Program-made: the position numbers and the translations under genes
The notes under the pieces: generated by a model
Databases searched by the model: none
Told to the model about the DNA's origin: nothing
Seen by the model: the letters and a program-made list of their open reading frames with translations, nothing else
Source: Octopus sinensis
Taxonomy: Eukaryota
Direction: 5' to 3'
Assembly (NCBI RefSeq): GCF_006345805.1
Contig: NC_042998.1
Location: 23,250,001 to 23,314,000, forward strand
Length of the DNA: 64,000 nt
Part shown: positions 50,720 through 64,000 of the stretch, in pieces
How the letters are laid out: every line of letters starts with the position of its first letter
Numbering within the stretch: the stretch's first letter is position 1

Positions 50720-52260
50720 AAACACTGCTGCAAATAGTACATAGATTTAATGAAAATATTTGTAAGGGACTTGGATTTGAAAAATGCTCCAAAGCAATCT
50801 TGAAAAGAGGAAAATTAATTAAGAATGATAATTATATCATGCTACAAAAACTAACAAAGATTAAAGAACTCAACCAGACATGGACATATAAATATTTAGG
50901 AATTAATGAACTACATAATGCATAACATATGCAAATGAAAGAAAAGGCAAAGAAGGAATATTACAGCTGCATTAGATTAATACTTAAAACAGAGCTAAAT
51001 ACAAAAAAAATAGGGTAACATATATCAGTACTTTTGCTATTCAAGGAATAAGTCAGAGTTACAATAATTTCAACTGGATGCTAAATAAATTAGCAAGACA
51101 AGAAAAATATAATGACCAGATGTAGAATTTGTTGCTCCAAATTTGATTCAGAAATGTTATATTTACTACAAAAACAGGGAGACATAGGCCTTAAGCAACG
51201 AGAAACTATTATAAGTTATTCATACAGGACTATAAATATATTCAATAATGTACAATGGAAAACTAATAGGAAGAGCTACAAGACATGGATTGCAAAAGAA
51301 AGTGTTTTTTACAGTGTTGCAGGAAGCCAACAAATAGAAAACAGAAGTTTAAATAACAATGGGAAAGAGAAAGGAGAAACAATAATAAAGTATGAAAAAA
51401 AACACTCTAAAATATAAGCTAAAAATAGAGCTACATATGAAAAAAATAACCCCTTTATGGCCAATACGAAGAACCTGAACGTAGACGTATACGCAGGAAA
51501 AAATTGCAGCATTTGCTAAAAAGTGCAGCGTTGATGAAAGATAAGACTGAAGGATTTGGAAATGTGATACAGAATCAACGCCCTGCAATGAGAAACTACC
51601 AAAAGCACATAAGGAAACAGAAAAAATATGAAGTAACTGCAGAATATGTGGCAGCTGGAGAAGAAACAATTAATCATATTGTCTCTGTCTGCTTTGGCAC
51701 TTTCGTATACTGAATGTTATGGCAACATTATGAAATACTAACAGCGAAGAGGTTATTTGTTCCTTCTCGAGCCACTCCTGGCTCATAAGGGCCGGTTTCC
51801 CGGTTTCCTTGGCGTATAGGTTCCCCACCTGGATGGGACACCATCCTGTTGCAGGTGAGCTGCAAGATGCAGGAGGAAAGAGTGAGAGAAAGTTGTGGTG
51901 AAAGAGTCAGCAGAAGTTTGCCATTACCTTCTGCCGGAGTAGCATGGAGCTTAGGTGTTTCGCTCATAAACACAAACATTGCCCAGTCTGAGATTTGAAC
52001 CCGCGATCCCTCGACCGCGGGTCCGCTGCTCTAACTACTAGGCCATGTGCCTCCACAACAGTGAAGAGGTAGCATAAACATACATAAGAAAGGTCTGAAA
52101 GACTGACGAAGTGATCAAACTCTGGGATATGTTAATCCACACAGACAGGAGAATAAGGGCTAATTGGCTAGATATTGGTGTCATTGTAGAGAGTACCTCC
52201 CAATCAAAGTTTGAAGAAAATATCAAAATATAAAGATTTGGAAATATAGACAACTAGAAT
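50720..52260 (+). mobile_element. Fossil R4/Dong-like non-LTR retrotransposon (RT C-terminus, CCHC knuckle, RLE endonuclease), interrupted by a SINE
   Basis: Remnants YKYLGIN, MKEK..KEYY..IRLILKTELN, CRIC...EETINHIVSVC and LWDMLIHTDRRI.AN..DI. Confidence 0.7.
51754..52056 (-). mobile_element. tRNA-derived SINE (TGTGGAGGC.CATGGCC head), tail type 3
   Basis: 14-bp TSD AACAG(C/T)GAAGAGGT at 51740-51753 and 52057-52070; similar copy at about 57945-58256(-). Confidence 0.85.
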
Positions 52261-55200
52261 ATGAAGAATGAAAACAAACAGTTGAGATGTAGTGGTCTAT
52301 AAAACAAAATACCAGTCAAGTACTGGGGTCAATGGTGTCAACTAACTTCCTCTTCTTACAATTGCTGGCCTTGTGCCTAAATCAGAAAGCATTATCATTG
52401 GTGTTGTTGTTAAGTCAACAAGCTGGCAGAATCTTTAGCACACTGAACAGCATGTTTAGTGGTATTTCTTCAGGGTTCAAATTCTGTTGTGGCTGACTTG
52501 GCATTTCATCCTTTTGGGGAACATCAGTTGAACATTGACTAGCTACCTCTCCTAAAATTTCAGGCCTTGTGCCTATATTAGAAAGGATAAATTATTATCT
52601 CTGCCTTAGCGACATCTCAATCACTAGGCTATGCACTTTCACATAGTATCAGACTGAATTCATGCATTTATAAATGCATTAATGGCCTAGCAGGTAAGGT
52701 TGTCTTAACTCATCACCGTCATCATCAACAACATTAAACGTCTGTTTTTCTAATGCTGGCATGGGTTGGACAGCTTGACAGGAACTGGCAAGGCCAGAAG
52801 CAGCATCAGGTTCCTTAGTTTGTTTTGGCATGGTTCCTATGGCTGGATGCCATTCCTAATGCCAACCACTCTGAGTGTAGTAGATGCTTTTTACATGGCA
52901 CCATGACCAGGGCTTTTTACATAGCGTAGGGTACAAGTGTTTTTTTTAGAAAAGTTCCAAGTTTAAATTCAGTCTTGAACTGAGTAAACATCTGAAAATA
53001 AGACATTTGATAATGATCAGGACTCAAACTAATGTAGTGTAGATGTAAATTAAAACAATTTTGCATTTCTAAATGTGGAAGTCATTATCTGAGATATTAT
53101 AATCTTATTAGCAACAACACATTTCAGACGTTGAATTAAGTATCTTAATATTACTTCCTGACAAGAACTTAAAAATTTTAAAAGATTGAGAAAGTAATAA
53201 CATTTATAAGAACTCTTAAAATGTCTTTAAAGAGATTTCTAATATTGTTGCAATAACTAGCAAGGTATGATTAAGAATGAGTTTCTGTATGTATAAGTGT
53301 GTGTGTGTGTGTATGTGTGCACATGCATGCGTGTGTGTGTGTTGCAGTCTGTTGGTGTGATATGTTATAATATGATCTTAAATTGGAATTTCACTTAAGA
53401 TATAACTTGTTTTCGCTTCTGAAATAATCTTGCTACATGAAATGTACAATTATCTGTATTTGAATATGGAACATTATCTACTGATAATGTTTATCTTCTT
53501 GCAGTAGTTCAATAAAGAAAATGAATTGCTTGGCTTTTGCTAATCAACGATCTCCATTAGCAAGTGATTAACACTCTTTAATTTAGACTTCAGAAAATGG
53601 GAGGATGTGAATACAAGTTGTTACATACATGCTTCTCTCAAAGGCATTCACAAAACAAGGCAACTACAACTGGGAATTGAACATGGACCACAGACTAGAT
53701 TTGTGAAAGTCTTATTACCTACTCCACAGAACTCTTTGATAACTTAACAAACCTGGTTGTTATGATTATTCTTTTATTCTTGCATTTGCTTCAGTCATTT
53801 GACTGTGGCCATGCTGGAGTGCAGCCATAAAGGGTTCTTTAGAAATCGACCTCAGGACTTACTCTTTGTAAGCCTATCGGGCTCCTTTGCTGAGTTGCCA
53901 AGTTATGGGTGACACAGTCACACCAACATCGGTTGTCAAGTGATGGTAGGGGGATAAACACTGACACAAAGATGCACACACATAAATACATACATGCACA
54001 TACACACACACACACATATATATACATACACACACACCCATATATACACACACACACATATATATACGATGGGTTTCTTTCAGTTTCCATCAACTAAATC
54101 AACTCACAAGGCTTTGGTTGGCTTGATGAGGTTATAGTAGAAGACACTTGCCAAAGGTGCTACACAGTGAGACTGAACCCAGAACCATGTAGTTGGTAAG
54201 CAAGCTTCTTATTTCTTTATTGCCCACAAGGGGCTAAACAAGGACAGACAAAGAGATTAAGTTGATTACATCGACCCCAGTGCATAACTGGTACATAATT
54301 TATTGACCCCAAAAGGATGAAAGGCAAAGTTGACCTCGGTGGACGAAATACTGCTTAGCATTTTGCATGGCGTGCTAACCACACAGCCATGCTTTTGCCT
54401 GAGAAAATTTTTTTTAAATAAAGAAAAATATTGGTTTCAAATTTTAGCACAAGGCCAGCAATTCTGAAGGAAGTGGGGAGCTAAATCGATTAAATTGACT
54501 CCCATGCTCATCTGGTACCTATTTTATCAATCCTGAAAGGATGAAAGGCAAAGTCAATCCCAGTTTTATTTGAACCCAGGGATGTACAGATGGACAAAAT
54601 GCAACTAGGTATTTTGCTTGGCATGCTAACAATTCTGCCAGCCTGTTGCCTTAACCCATAAAGTGCTGGGATTTGCACTTACATAACATGGACTGCTGAG
54701 CACATTTTATGAAAATGAGAATACTATGCATACATAAAAAACAAAATAGTTAAAATATTTTCTTAGTATATAATGGCTTTACATCATCTGAAAAGTCATT
54801 AGTTGAACTATTAGTTCTCTTGCATCCTGGTGGGTATTGGAGCATTTGAGTGACATTAGACCCAATTAACGCCCATAAGTTAAATGTTTGTATCTGAGCC
54901 ACGGTCTTGGCCTATTGACCTGTGCCTGATAGCTATGATCATGGCTCATCACACTTTAGGTGTTAATAAATGAGAATATTGATTTCTAACATCTATGAAA
55001 CCTCAAATTGATGGGAAGTGTACAGCTGATAGAATTTACTTCAGTACTGAACAATTTGTTGGAAGAATGAATGCTGAAGTCACCTTGATAGGATCTGAAT
55101 ACAGATGTATAAGTATGCAGCTAAAAACAAGATATTTTGTCCGTCATCCTACCAATATGAGTCACCATCAAATTTTTTTACTTTACATGGTTGTGTGGTT

Positions 55201-58200
55201 AAGAAGTTTACTTCGCAACTGTGTGGTTTTGGGTTCAGTTCCACAGTATGGTAGCCCAGACAAGTGTCTTCTCCTACAGACTCGTACATCTGAAAGACTG
55301 ACTGACTGAATGAATGAATGAATGAATGGATGGATGGATGGCTGTATCATCAGTTACAATGACGAGCGTTCCAATGTATTCAGTCAATGGAACAGCCTGC
55401 TTGTGAAATTGATATGCAAGTGGCTGAGCGCTCCACAGACACATGTACCCTAAATGTAGTTCTCAGGAAGATTCAACATGACACAGAACATGATAAGTCG
55501 GGCCCTTTGAATTACAGGTACAACTCAATTTTGCCAGCAGAGCAAACCGGAGTAATGAGAAATAAAGTGTCATGCTCAAGACACAATGCACTGCTGGATA
55601 TTGAACTTATGACTTTACAATCATGAGGCAAACACCTTAACCACTAAGCCACATGCCTTTACACTGGGAAGGTTTACACATAAAATTACTAATCAATAAA
55701 TAAATGCATGTTTTACAACTGCCCTATCATTGTAAATCGTAAAATTAGTTTCAAAAATGTACATCAGAAACTTATGTTTTCAGAAATAGAGCCCAGCTCA
55801 ATGAATATGGTCATTTAGTTTTGTTTAATAAATTGACTGATTCAGGATACTGTCAACAGAAATTACAAGTGTTCTGAAAGAATTCCTGTTTTAAATTTCC
55901 TGATTATATTCTACACCACTAAACTCAGTCAATAAATGAAATTCCATTAACCATGCCAAAATAATTAAAAAATAGGCTCAAAAATGTTGTTTCAGAAAAT
56001 ATATAAATATCTTTTTTTTTTTTCAATAATTTGTATGGTTATGATAAAAAATTTAATGTTTTGTGTGTGTGTGTGTGTGTGTGTGCACTCTACAAAAAAT
56101 GTAATGAGTAATTTTTCAGTTTAATGTTAAATTGTTTTTATTATAACTCTGCATAAAAACACACACACACATACATAATAAATAATAATAATAATAATAA
56201 CAAAATTATTGTGTGCAGTGCACAGGTGTACTATAACTTATCAAAGGTATGGTACATAGAATTACGTACAAATGTCAGGAATGTGAACAGTGTGTGAGAC
56301 ATGATATACATGGGTGCATACATAAATAGAACCATACACTCACACACACAAGCACAGACACATACATACACTTACACATGAGTGTGTGTGTGCATGTGTA
56401 TGTATACATACATATGTACACATATACACGTACATGAACACCTGCATACATATGTACATTATAATTTATTGTTAAATATCAATTTGTAAAGGAAACTGTT
56501 TTATTTTGAAACTTACCTGATAAAAAAACAAAATAAAACATCACTTAAAGAATTTTGTTTTCACTTTGCAAAGAACTTATCAATTATCATTTTTATGAGT
56601 TGAGATGGTTTTGTTTTTATTTCTTCGTAGTGAGTTGGTGCTCTACACATGATGTCTAATAGCATGTATAATTCATATCTATGTGGCACAGTTGTTGTTG
56701 CTATTGATTACCTCTACATCGGTTAAGCTCTGGATTAAGACCCATGGAGGCCCTAAGCACTTAAAAGATTTTGGTATCCCCCACCACCAACCCTATATAT
56801 GTAATTCAAGGAATAAACAATACAAAATGAAACAAAATTAAGAGTAAGATGGAAAATAAACTTTATTTTCGTATACTTCATCATCATCATCATCATTTAA
56901 CGTCTGCTTTCCATGTTAGCATGGGTTGGATGATTTTGACTGAGGGCTGGCGAACCACATGGCTGCACCAGGCTCTAATCTTGATCTGGCAGAGTTTCTA
57001 CAGCTGGATGCCCTTCCTAACGCCAACCACTTTGAGAGTGTAGTGGGTGCTTTTTACGTGCCACTGGCACGGGGACCAGTCAGGTGGTACTGGCAATGAC
57101 CTCGCTCAAATCTTTTTAAACATGCCACCTTTATTCATATTTAAAAACAAGCAAATTAGGTAGTTAAGAAAATCTGTATAAGAGATGAAATCAGTAATTA
57201 TATTGAAAAGTAATGTTTATCACCACTTAAACATGGCTGTTCCATAGGAAGCAATGTTACTGCTGTTTTTAACCTCAGGAGGATGTCTCCTCCAGCTGGT
57301 TATTTGATGCAACCTGGGCCTGACATATATTGCAATCAGGGGAGTGAACCCCTACATACTTCCAGCCACGAGACAACCAGACTGTATGGCTTCAACCTCT
57401 TTGCAACAGACTGTGTTACTTGTTTTTTTATATATTGCAAGCTGGAGTAAACTACTGCTATCTCTAGTGGACAGGTATCCACCACTGAGGATGACCACAA
57501 AGAAGTCAAAACTGTACAGTCTAGTGGTCTCTGGACACTAATTTCAAACCCCACTGAAGGCAACTTTGCCCTTCATCCTTTCATCCCCAGAAGGATGAAT
57601 GGCAAAGTCAACCTCAGCAGAATTTGAACTCAGAGTGTAAAGATGGACGAAATGCTGCTAAGCATTTTGTCTGGTGTGCAAATGATTCTGTCAGCTCACC
57701 ACCTTAAGTTCAATATATATTGATTTTAAATTTTGGCACAATGGCACAAAGCTAGCAATTTTGAGGAAGGGGTTAAGTTGATTATATCAAGCCTAATACC
57801 CAATTGGTATTCGTTTTGTCAACCCTGAAAGGATGAAAAGCAAAGATGAACTTGGCAGAATTTGAACTCAAAATGTAAAGACAGATGAAATGCAAATAAG
57901 CATTTTGCCTGGTGTGCTAACAGTTCTGCCAGCTCAATATATACATCTTCTTATTATTATTAATCCTTTTTGCCCCTTGTGGAGCGTAGAGCCAGTTTCC
58001 TGGTTTCCTTGGCATACAGGTTCCCCACCTGGATGGGACGCCAGTGTGTCGCAGGTGAGCTGCAAGATGCAGGAGGAAAGAGTGAAAGAAAATTGTAGTG
58101 AAAGAGTCAGCAGAAGTTTGCTATTACCTTCTGCCGGAGCCGCATGAAGCTTAGGTGTTTTGCTCATAAACACATACATCGCCCAGTGTGAGATTTGAAC

Positions 58201-61200
58201 CCGCGATCCCTCGACCGCGAATCCACTGCTCTAACCACTAGGCCATGTGCCTCCACCAATATATATATATATATGTGTGTGTCCAATATATATTGTCAAC
58301 ATCATCTGAAATAGGCAGTTACTTTACAGCCATCTGTGAAAGATAACAGTGACACTCAGGTCTGCAAGGATCAGTAAATTTCTTATAGCTAGCAGCCATG
58401 TGTATTATCTGTGAACATATGTTTATATACTTGAGAGTAATTATGTTATCATAATTAAATTTATTTAATTGGCATATATTAAACATTGTTAATTCTGTTG
58501 CTGGCTTTCTTCTTTCAACTTGAAATATATCTTTTTATATAAATGCCTATAATAGTTTCCATTAACAATAAACTAAACTGAATTCAGTTCAATTGAATTA
58601 CTGACGCAATGTAATTCTTCGCAGTTACTGTCTTGGGAACGATAGTATCAATTCCTGATATCCTTAACATGAAATATATAATAAAATTTTGTTAGATAAT
58701 GTAAAGCTCCAACTCATATCACTTTATTCAATACAATGCAAAAGATAAAACTCTTGAAATGACTTTATTCTATAAAAGCATTGTTGACAATAATAGATTA
58801 AATTCTTGAATTAGGTGTGACTATTTCAAAAATTTTCCTTTTACCTTCCATTAACTAATTTAGGCTTTGTCATAATACAATTATCATTTTTCATTTTTAA
58901 GACTTCCTACAGCACCATCCATTGTGATAATCAATGTATATTTGAAAAGAGAATATTAAAATCAGCTTTTATTTAATGTAAGTGTTTCTGGCACTCCGTT
59001 TGTTTTATTCCCCTTTAATGCAGTAACCTCTCTCTTTCCCTTCACCATCCCACGATTCTGACCTGTTTCTCTTATCAGCTAGCTTTCTAAGCAAGGTAGA
59101 ATGAGGCAAAACCGAGTCATGAGCAGTGCTGTACCTTCCTTACTAAGGTACATAACTCTGTTTACCCCATGATGCTTTGTTGAAAAAAGAAAGAAAAAAA
59201 AAAATAGAGGCTATTACTATTTAACATTTGAACGTAACAAAACTTGCCCCCTCCAACAATTATAGATATGAATGGGCAAATATCTACAATCACAAGAATA
59301 AATACAAAGAAACTACTCGTCCAAACTAAAATAGGAAAACAAACAAAAAGTAAAACGGATGTTAGAGAATTAGCTCTATTTATTTTGAATAACATTTTAA
59401 AAAATAACAGACCACTGTAATATTTAGTTACATATTAAGAAAGAAATTCTTATTGAAATTCTATTTGCTTGCTTCTTTCTACATTGTAGTGTTCTTACAT
59501 AAGTTAAGACAACAAAATGCAGACTGTAGAAATTAGGTAAATGCCATTCCATTAATACAAATGGTTTCAAATTTTGCCACAAGGCCAGCAATTTCAGAAA
59601 AAGGAGGTAAGTTGACTAGATCGACCCAGTGCTCAATGGCTACTTATTTTATTGAGTCCGAAAGACTGAAAGGCAAAACTGATCTCAAGAAATGCTCCTA
59701 AGCATTCTGTCTAGCACGGTAACAATCCTATCAGTTCACTACCTTTATCATCATCATCATCATCATCATGATAATGATAATAATAATGGTTTCAAATTTT
59801 GGCACAAGGCCAGCAAGATCTGGGGAGAGAGTAAGTCGATTACATCAACCCCAGTATTCATCTGGTACTTATTTTATTGACTCCCAAAAAAAGGAAATGC
59901 AAAGTCAACGACAGCGGAATTTGAACTGAGAACATAAAGATGGACAAAATGCCGCTAAGCATTTTGCCCAGCATGCTAACAATTCTGCCAGCTTGCCACC
60001 TTAATAATAATAATAATAATCCTTTCTACTATAGACACAAGACCTGATATTTTGGGAAGGGGACTAGTCAATTACACTGACCCCAATGTTTCACTGGTAC
60101 CTCATTTATTGACCCCGAAAAGATGAAAGGCAAAGTTGACCTCAGCAGAACTTGAACTGAGGAAGTAAAGACGGATGAAATGCTGCTAAGCATTTTGCCC
60201 AGCGTGTTAACGATTCTTCCAGCTCACCACCTTTCAATAATAATAAAATAATAATAATAATAATAATAATAATAAAGAGGAGGAGGAGGAGGAGGAACCC
60301 CCCACCCCACCAAATGTGACGAAGCTGGTCCATTGAACTACATGTGCAACTCATTTTGCCAGCTCAGTGGATTGGAGCAACATGAAATAGAGAGTCTTGC
60401 TCAAGGATACAATGTGATATGTCTTGCATTATGATGATGTATTTTTGTCATCTGCGGGACTGGCCTGAACAGTATACCTCGCTGATGAAACTACTGACTG
60501 TGTTTATTAGAAGTGGACCAGCCTACTTCTCACCTGGGGGTGTTCACCACAACACAATGTAATGCTAGGAATTGAACACATGACCATAAGATTGTTAGCT
60601 TAATAAACTAACCCTCAAACACATGCCTTAACTTGTTTATATGTAGTTGTATATCTTTTACTTGTTCCAATCATTGGATTGTAGCCATGCCGAGGTTACC
60701 ATCTTAAAAGATTTTAGTAAAACAGATAATCCCCAATACTTCTTTTTAAGTCTAGTACTTATTCTGTTGGTCTAATTTGCTGAACTGCTAAGTACAGGAA
60801 CGTAAACAAACCAACACCAGTTGCCAAGCAGTGGGGATTGAGACAAACTCAGGTACAAACACACACATGCACATGTACATACACACAGATATGATGGGAT
60901 TCCACACAGTTTCTGCTCACTGGATTCACTCACAAGGCATTGGTTGGCTAGGGGCTATAGTAGAAGACACTTGCAAAAGATGTGGGACTGAACCCCAAAC
61001 TACATGGTTACAAAGTGAGATGCTTAACCACATGGCCAATATTTGGAGAGGGATGTGCTCTGCCAAGATGACTTGTTCTAAAAACACTACATGAGAAGAA
61101 AATCTCCAATGGAGCTCTTACAACTGAGCTGTGGATATATAAAATCTACAGAAATTGTCAAGTTTTGGGAGGTGATTAATGGGTTGACTATAGATCCATA

Positions 61201-61595
61201 ATTGATTTACTTTGAATACTAAAATGGTTTATTTTAATCTTTTATAACAAATAATTTGCAATAAATTTTGATATATGAAGCCTAAAAGCTAAATAACCAC
61301 AACCAAATAAAAGGGTAAAAGAGGCAGACAGATAGATAGATAGATAGATATATTTCTTTACTACCCACAAGGGGCTAAGCATAGAGAGGACAAACAAGGA
61401 CAGACAAACGAATTGAGTCGGTTACATCGACCCCAGTGCGTAACTGGTACTTAATTTATCGATCCTGAAAGGATGAAAGGCAAAGTCGACCTCGGCGGAA
61501 TTTGAACTCAGAACGTAGCGGCAGACAAAATACGGCTACGCATTTTGCCCGGCGTGCTAACGATTCTGCCAGCTCACCTATAGATAGATAGACAG

Positions 61596-61642
<47 letters not shown>

Positions 61643-61648
61643 ATATAT

Positions 61649-61691
<43 letters not shown>

Positions 61692-62499
61692 TGAGTGGGA
61701 ACAACAGACAGAAGAGTAAGATGTGAAGTTGTATTTTAAGAATAGTAAGACAAATTAGACGACAGTAAGAATGAATATTTTGTGAAGTGTCATCGTTTTC
61801 CTTTCAATTGAAAGAGTCTAAGAAATATATATGTGTATATATTGCAGTGCAGATGGCTTGAAGCTTGTGGTGAATGACACCAAACCAAAAGCATGCCATG
61901 CCATCTAATCCTGACACTTCAATCTTTCCAAAGCTACAAGATTCACTTTGAAATTTATACATCAAACAAGACCAACATTATCGTTATTGTAGTTGTTTTA
62001 ATCATCGTTGTTAGCATTAATGTTGTCATTGGCGATCTTCTTAGTGTCGTCATAATTATCATACCCAACATGACCACCACCACTGCTGCTGCTGCTGCTA
62101 TTACCATGGCATTCATCGCACCCACTTCCATTATTTTTCTCTCTAGCTACAAAACAAATTAATCTATTTCCTTATAATTCAATTTAATTTGATATTTAAA
62201 TGGTTATTGTCTTTCCTGATATACCACTGATACACAATACTATCAGTGTCTACATACATGTAATATACAAAATATCAGTATAACATAGATACACACACAT
62301 GTATGTGTGTCTGTGTGTGTGTGTAAAAGAGAGAGGAGGTAACTTGTAAATATTCTATATTTTTGTTGTGTGGTAGATTTGAGGTCCATTTTTCTCAAAT
62401 GCTTAATTCACATAGGCATAAAATCATAGCCACAGCCACCTCTTGAGTGATTGTGCACTCTTAGAAATTAAATGCTTCATTGTTTAGGTGATCAAAAAT

Positions 62500-62830
62500 C
62501 GTACAACATGAAAGCACAAAAAAACACAACAACGTGAGGATGTGGAACAAATATAGTATTATTGGACGCTCAGGAAAGAAGGAGGGTTTAACGTTTCGAG
62601 CGGAGCTCTTTGTCAGAAACATAAGCGAAGGAGAGATCCAGAGAAGGGAATACAGAGGAAAAAGAATCGCCAACGGTACACACGCGGTCTGTTTTTAATA
62701 CTGTGGACACCACCGGACTGAATGGTGTCGAAACCATAATGATATCTGTTTGGGAAACTAATGATGGGAATGCACATGTCATGTTCAATTGTGAATTTCT
62801 TATATTCTGGATTGTCTTCATTCTTGTAAA
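62500..62830 (-). mobile_element. Penelope-like LTR fragment
   Basis: CpG-containing non-coding block carrying a hammerhead-like motif, as is known for Penelope pLTRs; assignment is inference. Confidence 0.5.
62558..62624 (-). ncRNA. Hammerhead ribozyme-like motif with one core substitution
   Basis: CTGACAA-A-GAGC(TCC)GCTC-GAAA-CGTT...AGC-GTC: stem II 4 bp, stem III 5 bp, GUC site at 62565-62567, weak stem I. Confidence 0.55.
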
Positions 62831-62963
62831 GTAGAAAGTATTTGTCTATTTATAGTCTTTGGGGGGCCCCTTATTTTGGTACTGTTTGGTTGTCTTCATA
62901 GGTAATCTAATTAGGCTTGGACAATACTTAGATACTGATGTCTAGTTTTGGGACGTTCTACAG

Positions 62964-62998
<35 letters not shown>

Positions 62999-63103
62999 TT
63001 ATATGGTGTTGGTGAGCAACTAAAAACAAAACATTTAGTGCTGGTGAGATTCTACAGATTTAGTAAATTAAAAGTTATTGATTAGAACCTCAAATTTTGC
63101 CGT

Positions 63104-63454
63104 TAACTTTTTGTTACCATGTTTCTGTTGAAATACTGCCTTTGTTTCAAATAGTTTTGAAAATAATGAAGAATTTAGTAAAATAACTGCTTGGAAATTT
63201 TAATGCAAGGGTTGAATTTAGATCCCTTTAACCCTTTAACATTCAGATTACTCTGTCAAATGTAAAGCCTGTTTAATTACATTGTTTTAAATTAATTGTA
63301 CAGCATCTTGTAACTCTGAGATTTTGATGATGTCCCTGTTTATTTTTAGAATGACTTTGTAGGGTAGGTGTGAGAGGTCAGAGCTGGCTGGTTTGAGCAT
63401 ATAACAGGAAGACAATTTGGCCTGGTATGGCCGGTTTAAACACTAAAAGGATAA
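63104..63454. mobile_element. Two adjacent piggyBac-type MITEs
   Basis: 63232-63450: TTAA-CCCTTTAACATT ... AACACTAAAAGG-ATAA. 63104-63215: degenerate TTAA...GCAAGGGTTGAA ends. Confidence 0.55.
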
Positions 63455-64000
63455 AGCAGGAATTTTATATCATAGAACTGGAGGTGGTCTCAGGTAGGTT
63501 GGTATCAAAAGAACTAAATGGTTCAAATTTTGGCACAAGGGCAGCAGTTTTAGGGGGAGGTGGGGGCTGGTCGATCACATTGACCCCAGTATTTAGTTGG
63601 TATTTTATTTTATTAACCTCAAAAAGATGAAAAGCAAAGTTGACCTTGGCAGTATTTGAACTCAACAGAAAGAACCAGAAGAAATACTGATAACCATTTT
63701 GTCTGTCAGCTTGCTGCCCTAAGTTTTGCCTGTTATGGTTTATTCAGACTCGTTGAATTTCACTTAAAACTTAGCAAACCATTAAACATTTATTATTTGG
63801 TGCCAACATTTTCATCACACCAATTGTGACCTGCTCACTGATGTGATTAAGAGACACATCAAAATTGCTTTAGTAACCAGGTTGCAGTTGGTGAGCTGAG
63901 AATTTTGACAACAAATAAATTATGGTCAAGTGAAGTCAACAGTGTTTTTGAGTTTTTGAGAAGCTAATATATTACACTAAACATTATTGGCACTCCATCA

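Overview
AT-rich, repeat-dense animal genomic DNA. The SINE families and microsatellite content suggest an Octopus/coleoid cephalopod (inference from recalled repeat families, not from a database search). The only host gene I can confidently recognise is one 108-nt minus-strand exon (8153-8260) of a LIV-1/ZIP zinc transporter, most like SLC39A13/ZIP13; I could not find its neighbouring exons. A possible promoter and first exon of an unidentified plus-strand gene lies at about 33.6-35.6 kb. The rest is mobile and simple-sequence DNA: two young but disrupted RTE LINE copies with a PHD-like finger, CR1, R4/Dong-like and older LINE fossils, several modular SINE families, two canonical non-autonomous Helitrons, hAT, Tc1/mariner and piggyBac-type MITEs, Penelope-like end fragments with hammerhead-ribozyme-like motifs, and long microsatellites. 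Nearly all ORFs in the supplied track are artefacts of repeats. I found no convincing wholly new biological system; the best leads are the hammerhead-like motifs, the nested palindrome insertion, SINE head/tail shuffling and the unidentified gene start.
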